DNA of 62,833 bases, counting the filler, from Diploschistes diacapsis (Eukaryota): assembly GCA_023645945.1 (NCBI GenBank). It is 13 parts of 13 records of this genome, joined end to end, with 100 filler letters (N's around TTAATTAATTAA, not from the genome) between each part and the next. Parts side by side here need not be neighbours in the genome. Positions count along the whole stretch, not along the records: positions 34,036 to 38,761 come from JALAIB010001659.1; positions 38,862 to 43,581 come from JALAIB010001660.1; positions 43,682 to 48,398 come from JALAIB010001661.1; positions 48,499 to 53,215 come from JALAIB010001662.1; 9 more parts are not named here. One strand, given 5' to 3'. The notes below the pieces were generated by a model. That model did no database searches, was not told where the DNA came from, and was given only the letters and a program-made list of their open reading frames with translations. How positions within the stretch are numbered: position 1 is the stretch's first letter; each line of letters begins with the position of its first letter. The position numbers were made by a program, and so were the translations under genes. Below are positions 35,593-48,680 of the stretch, piece by piece.

Positions 35593-38103
35593 ATGTATTC
35601 CTCACCGCAGCCAGTGCGGCCGCGTCTACGGCATGAATTGACCACAAGCTTAATTGGGATGGAAAGAGTTATACCTCCTAAATTCCCCTCGCCTGCTTTA
35701 AGTGGAAGATCATCCTCGAGCTTGCATAAACCCTTGCCACCCACGCCGCTCGATCTCACCAAACGTCCAGTATCCAGTATATACAGTCGAACTCAGGACG
35801 AGATCATAGATTCCTACCTACACAGGAGCCCTGATCCAGAAAAGCTTCAACCTTATGCGCTCTTCTCAGAGGCGTCCAAGAGCTTACAGTCCCTACACGC
35901 CCCTCTTGTCAATTCGAAAGCATTTGAGACTCAACAGGAGCTCCATGGGAGCGGAACAAAGTTTGCTGCATCGGACTCTGCACTTGTATTGCCTCTATCT
36001 CCAGTATCACCTCCACATCCGAGTGACAATATAATTAGACAGGATTTACTAAACCAGGAAATATCACCCTTGACACCATCACCACCTCCACTCTCTCCAT
36101 GGCCGCTCGATAGAGCAGGCTCTATCTCGCGAGGTCGTACGACAGATGAGGCCGAGGCTCTAGCAGATACTTACCGCGATACACTGCTTCCCGACCCTTT
36201 CACTGCTTCGCGTATAGCATCACTTGCATATCAAAGCGATGCTGTGCCTCTCAGCGGACCCCGCTCCCCAAAGAGAGTCGTGGACCCTAACGATACACAT
36301 GGTTTTGCATCCGCTAAGCCTTGGTCAAGTTCTCACACCTCGATCAGCACGGTATCCAGTGATATCTCTATCAGTGTGGCGCACCTTCGCTCAATTGACC
36401 TTCGTGCTGAACAGCGTCCCAGCCCTCGCTCGAGTCCATTGATCAACTCCACTCCGTTCAAACTCCCGCCGTTGGCAAAGAGCAAGGCAGAGATAGGGGA
36501 AAAGGTTTATCCTCTACCTTCACCAATTCGCAATGACTCTTTATCGTCCATTGACCTTCCATTTGCGCAGAACGAGGAGTTTTCCAAGTCAGCCCGGGAT
36601 TTCCAAAGAGGCGAGCAGCAGGCAGCTGCAATTTTGCCTTCAATACTACCTCCTCCGCACCGGTTTCTTTATTCTTCCTCCATTTATCCGGAGGTTTCAT
36701 CCCCTACCAAAAGTCTGACCGCCTCTCTTAAACGTAGAGATGCTAATTCATCAGTCGAACGACACTCTGTACGTGGCTCTGCCATTCCATCGACGCCTTA
36801 CCAGTCAATGCCCCTTGACGTTCCGAAGAGTGAAGACCGAGACACTAAGCTCGCAAAACTAAAGAATCGATTCTCTTTGAGGTCCATGACCAGGAAAGGC
36901 TTAGAGTCTTCCTCAGTTCTTGGGTCGCCAAAAGCTGGACGATTACAGAAAAGTCTGAAGAAACCGGATAGAGTCAACGTTGATGAATGGGCAGACATGG
37001 GCTCACAGCTAACCCAATACAGTAGACCAGCAATAGGTTCTAACCATTCCCCTTACGGTGCCATTCCAGACACGAACGACTTCGACTCCGGCATCCCCTT
37101 CAACGAAACAGAGACATATGAAACATCCCCCCGTGCCGCGGCGGCGGCGTCCGTACTCTACAGCGCTCCTCCCTTCAATCGCTCGCAGACCTGGCCCGTC
37201 AAGGAACCTGCCCAATCCTATACCGACCTCCACACTCAGGAGCATCCCACAGAGAGCGAAGACAGCAACGCCAGCACCCAAGTCCACACCTCCTCCATCC
37301 CCCTCACCATGTCCCCTTCCACCCTCGCCTCCGCGCCCCACGCCATCATCGATCTTCGCCCCGCTCCGCCCTCCAGAACAGCCACGGCCTCCATTCCGGG
37401 CCTCAACGCCGCCGAACCCCTCCATAAACCCAAACCCTGCCCAACCACGGAACCGAAATACCATACGCACAATGTTTCTGCGGCGATGACCAGCTCCCGC
37501 ACCAGCGCCTCGAGCAAGGGCACGAACGCGAGCACGAGCATTAGCGCGGCGGGCAGGAAGATGTCGTGGCTGCAAAGGCAGCGGCGAAAGGGCGAGGAGA
37601 AGACGGAGAGGTGGAGGGAGGAAATGAAGAAGAGGATTACGGTGAAGGGGGTGGAGAGCTCGACTTCGGGGATGGGGATGGGGACCCATATGAGTGGGTA
37701 CGTTGTTGCTGGCATGGGTAATGGAATAGGTAGTTCGGGGGGTGAGCGGGAGCCAGCCACGAAAGTAGGTAGCAGCGAAAGGGCTGAGGAAAAGTGGAAG
37801 GCGGTGCAGAAGCAGCAGCAACCAGAGTGGGTCCAGACGATGAGGGACGGATTGCCGAGCGGGGAGTGGGAATACGATCTCGGAGACGAAGATGGAGGGG
37901 AAGTGGAAGGGGATCAAAGAGAGAGGGGAAGAGCGCGAGAAAGAGACGGAGGTCGAGCGCGAGGCTCGGCGTGGACGGGCCTGCCGGGACAATACGTAGA
38001 GGATGCGGAGGATGCGCTGCTAGCGGGCCCGACACTGGGGCCGTATGCGTTTTCGGGCGCGGAGAGCGGGGAGATGGATAAGGTTGGGGGAAGCTGGTTG
38101 TAG
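35593..38103 (+). CDS. Hypothetical Ser/Pro-rich disordered protein (836 aa)
   Basis: Long ATG-initiated ORF; KPLPPTP and WREEMKKRITV motifs; no recognisable domain. Confidence 0.7.
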   Translation: MYSSPQPVRPRLRHELTTSLIGMERVIPPKFPSPALSGRSSSSLHKPLPPTPLDLTKRPVSSIYSRTQDEIIDSYLHRSPDPEKLQPYALFSEASKSLQSLHAPLVNSKAFETQQELHGSGTKFAASDSALVLPLSPVSPPHPSDNIIRQDLLNQEISPLTPSPPPLSPWPLDRAGSISRGRTTDEAEALADTYRDTLLPDPFTASRIASLAYQSDAVPLSGPRSPKRVVDPNDTHGFASAKPWSSSHTSISTVSSDISISVAHLRSIDLRAEQRPSPRSSPLINSTPFKLPPLAKSKAEIGEKVYPLPSPIRNDSLSSIDLPFAQNEEFSKSARDFQRGEQQAAAILPSILPPPHRFLYSSSIYPEVSSPTKSLTASLKRRDANSSVERHSVRGSAIPSTPYQSMPLDVPKSEDRDTKLAKLKNRFSLRSMTRKGLESSSVLGSPKAGRLQKSLKKPDRVNVDEWADMGSQLTQYSRPAIGSNHSPYGAIPDTNDFDSGIPFNETETYETSPRAAAAASVLYSAPPFNRSQTWPVKEPAQSYTDLHTQEHPTESEDSNASTQVHTSSIPLTMSPSTLASAPHAIIDLRPAPPSRTATASIPGLNAAEPLHKPKPCPTTEPKYHTHNVSAAMTSSRTSASSKGTNASTSISAAGRKMSWLQRQRRKGEEKTERWREEMKKRITVKGVESSTSGMGMGTHMSGYVVAGMGNGIGSSGGEREPATKVGSSERAEEKWKAVQKQQQPEWVQTMRDGLPSGEWEYDLGDEDGGEVEGDQRERGRARERDGGRARGSAWTGLPGQYVEDAEDALLAGPTLGPYAFSGAESGEMDKVGGSWL

Positions 38104-38590
38104 ATTGTGGGCGACATTTGGATTTCGTAGCCTCCCTTTTTTTTTTGTTTGGGCAGTGTTGCCGAATACAGGCGACCTAAAATAAATAGGGAGCTAATTA
38201 AGAGGTTTGAGAGCTTGCAAAAGTGGGATGCTTCATCGGCTCACGCTTCCGGTCAGGTTACTGTACGGCATTGATGGGTTATACGAGTAGCAGTCAGGGT
38301 TGGAATGGATTCAATTCATTTCATATCGCTATCAAAGAGAACCCCTTCAATTATCCGAGAGGGCAACCGAAAAGCAGACTCGCCCATCCCGGTAGTATTA
38401 ATAACCCTAGTGTTAATCATACAATCACTTGAAAAGGCTACCCTAGTCTAGCCATCCCGGCCAATCGTCTATGCCCCGCTCTAGAAAATCCCACTTTCGG
38501 GCCAACTAACGTCCCTCAATCAAGCCCCTCGAGTCCAGAGTCTCTACTCCGTTACCGCGTCATGCCCACTTCCCGTATCTTCCATTTACT

Positions 38591-38761
38591 TTACAAAGTC
38601 ATCGCGAACCTCTTCTTCCTCTCCTCGGCCGCCGCCCGGTCCTTCTCCGCCTGTTCCTTGCTGGTCTTCCCCCTAGCACCACCAACGCCACCTGCACCCC
38701 CACCGCGAGCGCCACTGCGCCCACCTCCTCTCCCGCCCGCAGCCACAGCCTTGGCACCACC
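38591..38761 (-). CDS. C-terminal fragment of a Gly/Arg-rich protein, possibly Tho1/SAP-domain ribonucleoprotein
   Basis: GGRGGGRSGARGGG...EKDRAAAEERKKRFAMTL*; RGG-like tract and terminal RKKRF. Confidence 0.5.
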   Translation of the reverse strand, partial: GGAKAVAAGGRGGGRSGARGGGAGGVGGARGKTSKEQAEKDRAAAEERKKRFAMTL

Positions 38762-38861
38762 NNNNNNNNNNNNNNNNNNNNNNNNNNNNNNNNNNNNNNN
38801 NNNNNTTAATTAATTAANNNNNNNNNNNNNNNNNNNNNNNNNNNNNNNNNNNNNNNNNNNN

Positions 38862-40142
38862 GTATTAAAAAAAGTATAAAATAACCGAGGAAATAAACCG
38901 ACGAGCGCTGGGAAGGAGTGAAAAGGTATTAAAAGTGGAGCATCCCGACATATTAATTAGCGTGGGTAATTTAGCATCGGTGCTTAAATATTAAAAAAAG
39001 TATAAAGCAGCCGAGAAGATGAACCGACGAGCGTTGGAAGGGAAAGAAAAGGTGCTGGAAATAAAGCATCTTTCGATATTAATTAGCGTTAGTAATTTAG
39101 TATTGGTGTTTTAGTGCTAGAAGAAGTATAAGACAGCCGAGAAGATAAACCGACGAGCGTTAATAGGGAAAGAAAAGGTATTAGAAGTAAAGTATTTTTC
39201 GATATTAATTAGCGTTAATAATTTAATATTAGTATTTTAATATTAAAGGAAGTATAAGATAATCGAAAAGATGAACCGACGAGCGCTAATAAAGAAAGAA
39301 AAGGTATTAGAAGTAAAGTATTTTTCGATATTAATTAACGTTAATAATTTAGTATTAATATTTTAATATTAAAAAAAGTATAAAGCGGCGGAAGAGATAA
39401 ACCGACGAGCGCTGGAAAGGAATAAAAAGATATTAAAAATAGAATATTTCGATATTTTAATTAACGTTAATAATCTAGTATTTATATTTAAATATTAAGG
39501 GAAGTATAAAATAGCCGAGAAGATGAACCGACGAACGCTGGAAGGAAGAAAAAAGATAGTAGAAATAAAACATCCCGATATATTAATTAACGTAAATAAT
39601 TTAATATCGATGCTTAAATATTAAGAGAAGTATAAAATAGTCGAAAAAATGAACCGACGAGCGCTGGAAAGGAGAAAGAAGGTGCTAGAAATAGAGCATC
39701 CCGACACATTAATTAGCGTAAGTAATCTAGCATCGGTGCTTTAAGATCAGGGAAAGTATGAGGCGGCCGAGGAGATGAACCGACGAGCGCTGGTAGGAAA
39801 TAGGAAGTGAGAAGGTGTTAGGAGTGGAGCATCCCGACACATTGACCAGCGTCAATAATCTAGCATTGGTGCTTCAAGCTCAGGGGAAGTATAAGGCGGC
39901 CGAGGAGATGAACCGACGAGCGCTGGTAGGGAGAGAGAAGGTACTGGGAGTGGACCATCCCGACACATTAACCAGCGTTTACTGCCTTGCTCATTTATTC
40001 CACTCAGCAACGATATGATAATGCATCTATACTTTATCTTAGAGCTTCAGCAGGCTTTTTGAAGGCGTTAGGTCCAAAACATCCGAAAACACAGAAATGC
40101 CCCCAGCTTTATACGTCCATAATTCAGAAAATGGAAAGCTAG
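38862..40142 (+). pseudogene. RIP-mutated tandem 42-aa TPR array (kinesin-light-chain-like repeats typical of fungal NLR C-termini)
   Basis: Anchor AACCGACG at 38896, 39022, 39148, 39274, 39400, 39526, 39652, 39778 (126-bp period) and 39911; last unit LGVEHPDTLTSVNNLALVLQAQGKYKAAEEMNRRAL; many stops, two frameshifts. Confidence 0.92.
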
Positions 40143-41211
40143 GGCGGAGACTTTGAATAGTCAGATGAACATCTCTACCAATCTATACCTGAGCTCTAGC
40201 AGTTCTTGTGAATTGGGTCAGTTCTGTAATTATTAGGATATTGTGATTACGGCAAGAAAATTCTGAACTAGCTCGGAGATCGTGTGTAAAATAGAAGCGG
40301 TAATGTTATTACATGCCTTATCAAATTAATCTCTACAGTCCATTAAGCAATATTCTTAACAAATCTAGTGAACCATACTTCATCAACAGGACCAGTTGTG
40401 GGTAAACCACACATTTATCTCACCTCCACTCAACCTAGTGACATTTCTGCTCGATATAAGTGGGGTCACTGTTCAATTTCTCGTCGACGCCATCACAATT
40501 TATAGAAAGCACTCGTGTGCTATTAAACGGAATGATGCTTATAGCCGGCTGACGAGCAAATTCGGCTACCGCCTCCGGGAACTGCTGTACTCCTAAGAGC
40601 ACCGCCTTAGGAGCGCATTGTTGTTAGGAAAACGCGGCTCCGAGGGAAACGGATGGCGTAGGTCCTGGGAGACTACATCCGGAAGTTGTCTGGCTCCAAA
40701 GAAAATGAGCTCCTGGAATATTGGACGTAGGAGAATCTGTCCCCTGTGGTACTGAAATTAGGAAAGCATTATTCCTAGGATGGTGGCTAATACGGCGAAG
40801 TTGAGTATGGCTCTACAACGAGTCCCAGACTGAAAATAGCTGACAGTAAGGGCATTAGACCCTTTATAATTATAGATATCTGAAATTCCTATATCAAAGC
40901 CCCAGTTTGACTGGTTGTATGTTAGCGTCCCTACTGACTATTCACCAGGTGTGGAGGCGACTAATGAATTTACAAGAGCGACGGGGTCATTATGCAGTCA
41001 TCTACGGGAATTTTCAGGCAATTCCTGACATTCATGTAGAACAAGGGAATTGAGCACATCGGCGGAACTCTTAGCGTCTTTCCGGGCTGGCTTCGTAGTG
41101 ACATCTGAGCTTGAAATTAAGCTAGATACGCTCCATCAACTCCTTGCATCAACGGTGACTTGCATCGTCTTGTTATCGCGAAGCGAATGTGACAGCCCGA
41201 CCGTATCCATC

Positions 41212-42469
41212 ATGCTTGCACATAAGAGATCCACTACACCTTCCCAATATCGCGGTAAGGGAACTAGAGTGGTCTATGTTTCAAACCAAAATCTTCTATC
41301 CCGTCCATTGATTCCGACTCAGACAATCATATTAACAAAGACAGCCAGCAGTCTCCTTGACTTTCTGATCTCATGCCACAAAAACAAAGAGGTGGAATCG
41401 TGGACGGTATTCGTGATCAAACCAGAAGAGATCCAAACGTTATGGTTGATGCTGGAAAGACACAAATCGCTTTATGGCTACCTTTTGGGCAAACTCCGGT
41501 AAGTGGACAGATCTTTTTAGCAAAGATATGGCACTGATGAGTATCACTGTAAGCACCTAGCTTCGACTGGTCTCCACATACTTCCTAGTTCACCGTCAGG
41601 ATGCCAACATCTACCCATGATATATTCACGGAGCTTATTATCCTGAAGGTTGGATCCCAGCTGGAAAACGTTGCTTGTAGGAATACGGATATCGCAGCTA
41701 TTATTAATTCGGTCAGGTCCGGGTCAACCATAGACGTCTATTTCTATAGACACGAACCCATCGACGAACGTTATTCCAAGTACACACTTGACGCCTCCTT
41801 TGCACGTACCAATTCTTAATATCCCTTCGTCGTTATCGAGACGTCTTACTCACAGCAATACAAAGACTTGGTGAAGCTAGCTGATGAATACATATGCGGT
41901 TCCGACGGGAATATCGGCGTGATACTGGGGCTCGACATTGAATACGGTGTTGGGTCGAAAAGGGTGTCGATTTCCATCTGGCGACCTGGGTTCGCGCTGG
42001 ATCTATAAAACAAAGAAGGCGTGGTTCTGAAGACAGTTGGTGTCCAGGAAGCTGATGTACTATCCTCCTGGCCCTTGATCGAGATCTTCGCGACATTTAT
42101 GCTGACCAATTTTGCTTTTGGCAGCCGTTTCGCGCCGACGACGGAACCACTGTGCAAGGTCGTAGACTGTCGCTCCAGCTCTGTAACTTTGTGCCAAGGA
42201 CTGGCTTCGCCAATGTGCCTCCAGATACACAAAGCATGAACGCCATTCAGATGATATGTAAGCAACTTTCTTCTTTCCTACTCGATGCCAAGACCAGACG
42301 TGAGATCAAGCGAGCACAACGAGGTGTACCATTTCCCCTCCCACCTAACTGCCGGAAAATACGTCGAGAAGCTACACCGCCTGAAGCGCTGAGTCCGGAA
42401 AAGGAGGCGAAATTTGCCGAATGCGAGGCAGAAGAAGCGGCAAAATCGGAGGCAAATGACCCGATATAA
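41212..42469 (+). pseudogene. PD-(D/E)XK (Uma2/REase-fold-like) fungal protein pseudogene
   Basis: RMPTSTHDIF...YTLDASF...*YPFVVIETSYSQQYKDLVKLADEYICGSDGNIGVILGLDIEY..ISIWRP; in-frame TAG (~41586) and TAA (41817), frameshift near 42005; intron donor GTAAGT at 41499; tail REATPPEALSPEKEAKF. Confidence 0.65.
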
Positions 42470-43681
42470 GATGATTGTCTAACATAGGATAACGACGAGT
42501 ACGGGATCTACGGAGATTCAGTCGAGCCTTAACCTTACTGCCACCTTTTATTTCGAATATTCAGCGTCGACAAACAGACGAGCGACCCATAGAACGATCG
42601 TTGATGCGTCTGCTTCGCCCTACCTTCAGACATCTACTATAACACCGGTCAGTACCTCGATAAGCCTGCATCATAAGGGCGGAGAGGATAAAGAGGCAAA
42701 CCGATCAGGATGTCAGGAGCTACCAAAAGAACCCGAGACGGCATAACCTTGCTCGTTGGACGATTAGCTGCGATTAACGATTAAAAAGTCCGAAGAATAT
42801 AAATCGGAAGAATGGTTATTGCTATATATATTTATGCATATTTCATCTCCGGGTGTTTTTCTTGGCTAATTATTATGCACTCTAGACGTCTTTTATAATG
42901 GCATCCGCGTATGTAATCAAATGTTATGGAAAAGCGATCTAGGCCGCCGTGTAATTCAAGATACATGCGATTGCTTTCCTCCGACTTAACTCCACACTGC
43001 CGCACTAAATCTCGCCACGTCTATGTGTCCTGCAAAGACTCGAGACCTGCTATTTCCAATATTGTTAATGGTTCTTTCACCTTTTGCGGGCTTTCACGAT
43101 TATACTTATCAAAGTCTCGAGGGAGCAGATTCACCGGTAAAGGGTAAGACTCTTTTTAAGGTTGAGTTAGCATAAGGTGGATGTATCTGTCGGTTTTATA
43201 CCTACAATCTCTGTGATGGTGGGAGGCCATTGATGGTGATTAGTCGATTGATAAGTATAATATCTTTCTATTTCTACGGATAATCAATGCAACGTCTGCG
43301 TGACACAGTCGTGTCAGCTGATCTGTCTTTTTTATTAAGTTCGGTTTCCTTCTGGTGAACTGCTGCGCTTCTGCTTTTGTTGCGTAAGGCATTTTCTATC
43401 TTTCTTGTTAATTTAACAACACCGTCCTTATCATGTGAGGGAAAATTCACTTTTAAATCCCTTTATCTTATCTTCTTCGCTCTTCTCGCCCACTGAAGGA
43501 TTTGAATTCGATTTCTCTCATTTATATTTTGATAGCGTCTCAAATTAGAGGAGGGGGTTGCCAGAATTGGCGGGGGTAAGGNNNNNNNNNNNNNNNNNNN
43601 NNNNNNNNNNNNNNNNNNNNNNNNNTTAATTAATTAANNNNNNNNNNNNNNNNNNNNNNNNNNNNNNNNNNNNNNNNNNNN

Positions 43682-45930
43682 GCCCCACCATCCTTACCCT
43701 TCTCCCCCAAACTAACCACCTCCCCAATCCCCGCCTGCTCTTGCTCGTCTTCCATCGCCATGATCTCCTCTCTAACATCCCACCACCTCCCCTCCGCTAT
43801 CTCAAACCCTTTCTTCTTCAACTCCTTGATCGAACTATTTGCCAGATCGCTCCCATCGCCACCCGACATCACAATCTCCTGCCACTCCGCCGACGTCCTC
43901 GCGTAGAAGTCCCGCAGCGACTCGAAGGGCCGCGGGTAGGGCTTATTATCCGCCGCCACCGCCGCGGACGGGAGGGAGTCGGAGGCTTCCATTTCCACCT
44001 CCGCTTCGTCGGGTACGGCGGTCATGCCCGTGTTCGCTGTCGCCGTCGTGGCCACAGAGGCGGGCGGCTCGTCGACATCCATCTTATCCGCGCCGTCTTC
44101 CTCCTCATCTTCGTCGTCCTCGTCGTCGTCCTCGTCCCCCTCCTCCTCCTCGTCGCTGGACCCTTCCGCGCTGCCCACCCAATTCTCCAGCTCGCGATGG
44201 AAGACCTGCCGGACGCCGTCCAGCTTGCCCAGGTCGACGGCGTGCATTTCGTCGAAGGTGTATTCGCGGTCGCCGTGCTCGTAGGTGCCGCCGAAGATGT
44301 ACAGCACGTCGTCCTGCACCGCGAGCTGGGCGTTGAAGCGCGGGTGCGGGAAGGTGTTGAGGATTACTACTTCTTTCTTCTCCTCCTCGTCTTCGTCCCC
44401 CCTTTTATCATGATTCCCTGCATCGATATCCATCACATCCTCCTGCCCACCCTCCAGAGTCCCCCTCGTCTCCAGCCTCGCCAGGTTCCGTAGTAATTCC
44501 TCCTCATCCGCCTTTCCCCTGCCTCTCCTCCCCCCTCTATTCTCCACCTGCCCTGCCGCACCACCACCACCACCGCCGCCGGTCTTCTTCCCCTGTGCCC
44601 TCGCCCGCCGCAGCGTCAGCGGGAAGAACCTATTCCGCTCGATATTCCACGCGAACAGCCCGTCGAAGAATTCGCTGTCGATGCCCTCCTCGCTCTCCTC
44701 CACGTCGTGCACGCCGCCAAAGCATATCCCGCGCGCCTTATGGTACGCCATGGTCGCGCCCGCGCGCGGCGGGTTCGGCGCGTTGGCGGGGCGCTTGCGG
44801 CGCTCCCAGCGCACCGTCGGTGGCGCGGAGCCGGAGGCCTCGGGGCCCGGCTGCACGATGCGGAGGAACCAGGTATCCTGGTGCACCACGGGCTTCAGGG
44901 CGGTGTTGCGCTTGGTAGCAGCGACGGCTTTGCCGGACGCGCCACCAGAGGCAGAGGCGGTGGCGTTGGCCTTGACGCGCGAGTAGCCGCCGTAGAGCAC
45001 GGCGCCGGCGTCGTGCGGCAGGAGGGAGAAGGAGGAACGGGCGTCGGGCTTCGGGCTGGCGGGCGGGAGGGACGGCTGGTGCCAGGCGTAGTTCTGGGTG
45101 TCATAGAGCCAGAGGTCCGCTAGGTACTTGGTCGAATTAGAGGTGTCCTGGAAGCCACCGAAGAGGACGATGTAGTTTTTGTAGTATGTCATCCTGTGGC
45201 CCGAGCGCGCTGGGGGGGCTTTATTGCCCTTGGTCGTCTCGATGCGGCTCCATTCGCGGACGGAAGGGTCGAGGCGCCAGAAGTCGTTGTAGTGGTAGAA
45301 GGTGCCTTGCTTGGGCGAGGAGAATTCGCCGCCGAACAGGTAGATGCCGCCGGCGTTGCCGCCGCGGGTCCAGGCATGGCCGCTTCGCGGGAGGGGGCTG
45401 TTGGGGCTGGTGGCACGGCGCCAGTCGGAGCGGTGGGTGTTGTAGACGTAGAGGTCGTTGAAGAAGGTGGCGAGGGCGCCGTTGAAGTGTTCGCCGCCGA
45501 AGAGGAAGAGTTCGTTGCTGTTTGCGGGAGAGCCGAGGAAGGTGGAAGAGGAGCGAGCGGAGGGCGGGTTACAGATTACTTCGGTGACCTTCAAAAATTG
45601 CTCTTGCTATTTTTTGTTGGCTTCTGAGTCTTTCCGATCTTGGAGAGAATCATGAGGAATATGGATACACAGGGGGGACAGCACCTTCTCATAGAGAACA
45701 CTAGATGTTCGTACAATCAATGATCGCTGGAAGAGAGAAATTAAGACCAATCTTACCTGTTTTGCATATTCTGCTAGGACAGCTTCAAGGTCAACCTCCT
45801 CTTCGGATCCATCCTCGTCCTTGGACTTCAGCTTGGTCTTTTTCTCTTTCTTATCTGTTTTTTTGGTCTGCCTGGCGGCTTTTGCAGCCTTCTTTTCCGC
45901 AGCTTTAGCTTTCGCGTCCTTTTTCGGCAT
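43682..45930 (-). CDS. KEL3: Kelch repeat protein (Kel3/KLHDC4) with acidic C-terminal region; intron 45756-45607; last codons lost
   Basis: Lys-rich N-terminus, LFLFGGEHFNG, SPLPRSGHA, LFGGEFSSPKQGTFYHYNDFW, PPARSGHRM, PRPFESLRDFY. Confidence 0.92.
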
Positions 45931-46161
45931 TTCTGGGTTTTGTTATCTTGAAGGAAAGTTCCACTGTCTGATTGAAATCATGTCGAAATTAAAGGTTACA
46001 TGGATTACTCTTTACCAATAAAGAGGGCCAACTTGGTCGCTTGTCTCTCGTGTAGTTCCTTCTAAGGTACATACCATTGTGGATCATGGATATAAATAAC
46101 AGTTATAGAGTATTATGAACTACATGCTCCCAGTAGCATTTGTCAAGATCCACTCCAGATA

Positions 46162-47759
46162 TTATACTAGCCCTGTCAGAACCTCCTTGACAATCTGCAG
46201 ATCTCTATCTAAATCAACGTTCCATCTTGCTATCGCGAACCTAGCAGCAGGCTTGCCATCCCATTTAGTACCCGACGCATATATCTTCCTCGATGCATTG
46301 ATCTTCTGTACAAGCTCGTTGTTCAGGCTCTCATCTCGGGCGCGAAACAGCACAACGATGAAAATCGACCTCATCACTCCCGGATTGGAGGATCGAGGGA
46401 GCAGCTCCAAATGAGGGGAGTCACTTTCAATAAATTGCGAGATTCTGCGTGCTAGCTGTACCATATTTGTTATCATCTGGGAGTACCCATCCTGCCCTTG
46501 GTCCATCAGCGTAGCGTATAGGGGCAAACCTCGAAAACGTCTCGAATTCTCTATCCCAACATTTAAGGGAGAGAGTATTGCTCCAGAGTCGTCTGTTTTC
46601 AAATAGGCAGCATTCCGATTCTGGCAGACTTGACTTGGAATGTCACGGTGACGGCTGAAGAATATGCCGCAATCGTACGGCACATTGAGTAGTTTGTGAC
46701 CATCGGCAGTGATCGAGTCTGCTAGTTCGAGACCAGACACACCTTTACGAACTTCTTCATACTCGGATGTTTGCGGTAAGACACTGGCAAATATACCAAA
46801 AGCTAATTATACCAATCTCAGATACGACCCCATCATCATAATTCTGTGAGTGATGATTGAGAAGCTGTGGAGTGCTCTGTGGGCTGGAACGAGCAGAGGA
46901 AATGGCAAAACTTACCTCCGTCTACATGCAGCCAGGCACCATGCGTATCACACAATTGACGGATAGCTTCAACGTCTTCAAAAGACCCAGTAGCGAAGGC
47001 GCCAGTATTGACTTCTCCACACGATATAACGACGATTGATGCCAGTTTTGTTTTCGAAAGATATTGTTCAAGTTTAGCCATATCGAATCTTATAGTACCA
47101 TCGTCTCTTGATATATCCACAACACATGTGCTTCCCAGTCCCACCAGATTCGCGGCCTTTGCAAGTGAGGAATGTGGCAGAGTAGATAGGACTTGGAAGT
47201 CTTCAATACCAGCTCTGCGACAAGCCGAAAGAATTCCTTCACCGTCCGAAGATTCTTGACCAAGCCGTCTCAAGCTTTGCGTAATGGTGAAATGCCTGCC
47301 ACATGCGAGGCCGAGGATGTTGCTCGCCGTTGCGCCGGTGTTTAAGGTTCGAGAGGGCCATTCGCTAGGTTTGAAGCCGAGAAGCTCCAGGGTTAGGAAC
47401 AATGCTCGGCCCTCAACGACAGTGGCTATAGTTTCTTCGGGTAGATGAACTGCTACGTTCTGATCGTATAAAGTAGTCAAACTGTCCGCGATTCGTGCAG
47501 CTGGCGTTACTCCTCCAGTGACAAACCCATAATAGCCAGATGAAAGCGACGAACAGTTAAGGCCTGGTAGTACATGAGATCTGAGATGCTCTGAGGTCCT
47601 TTGCAAGCCATGTCCTTGGCTAGGAATATTCCGAATTAGACAGGCCTCAGCTCGCCGGATATCAGCCAGAGCCGGCAATGGTGGGAATGTCGACTGCCCC
47701 AAAATCTCTTCAACATGTGCTGTTACAGATCTCATGACCTCAATAGCTTGAGTGTCCAT
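46162..47759 (-). CDS. Group II PLP-dependent (aromatic amino acid type) decarboxylase; intron 46915-46803
   Basis: YYGFVTGGVTP, GATASNILGLACGR, HSSLAKAA, AWLHVDG/AFG, DSITADGHKLLNVPYDCG (PLP Lys), ENSRRFRGL. Confidence 0.92.
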
Positions 47760-48680
47760 CTTTGGCAAATATGCTTAGAATGACCGGCAGCAACAAAGGT
47801 GTATCTTGTGATATTTTGCCCTAGTGGAAGTCATCCTTTAAAGATGACTGAAGATTACGTGGAAACACTGTCAAGGTCGAGAATGCAACGCAGTATGTTA
47901 AACTAGATGAAGTCCTAGAAGAGGTGGTTTTTCCCAATTAGCTACTGTTCTACATCTTATATATATCCAGTTTGAATGTTGAATGAGTCACCCACAGATC
48001 TGTTAGCCCGGTGGCACCACTTTGTGGCCCGGATTACAACCCAAACCAAACAATTTGTAACTCCGCAAGGCATCCTTCGAGAACTTGCCTTATGCTAAGC
48101 CAATTTAGCCAATATTCCTATTCAATATCCTTACCTGACGCGGCTCGCCTCCATCATGTCTCCTCCTATCTGATTATTTTAATCAGTATTTTCAACCCCA
48201 TCAATAGCAATCACAGCAAACGCCTGACGAAGAGCGTTGGGGCTGGGGGAAAGCCCTCCCTACCCCAAAAGATTTTGGGATAAGGAGGGAAAACTTCGGG
48301 CACCTCAAGGGCCCGATGGGCCTCCTGCGGGAGTTCCCCGTGGCTCCCGTAGAGTTCCCCTTCCCCCGCAACACTGCTTCTCCGGCCCCCTCCTGCGCNN
48401 NNNNNNNNNNNNNNNNNNNNNNNNNNNNNNNNNNNNNNNNNNTTAATTAATTAANNNNNNNNNNNNNNNNNNNNNNNNNNNNNNNNNNNNNNNNNNNNAA
48501 TAATCGTTAAATTTAATTAATTCACTATATATTTCTTCATTATATTCACTTTTAAATCGTTATTAAGTAATACGCGAATCCGATAATTCTTAATCATGAT
48601 TATTACTTCCGGATAAATAACCGAATATATGATATTTTATAACTATAGATTTATTATATCGGCTAATTATTTTAAATTAA

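Noticed and set aside
38862..39960. Regularly spaced repeats resembling a CRISPR array
   Set aside because: The whole 126-bp unit is repeated and encodes TPRs; no unique spacers; eukaryotic context.
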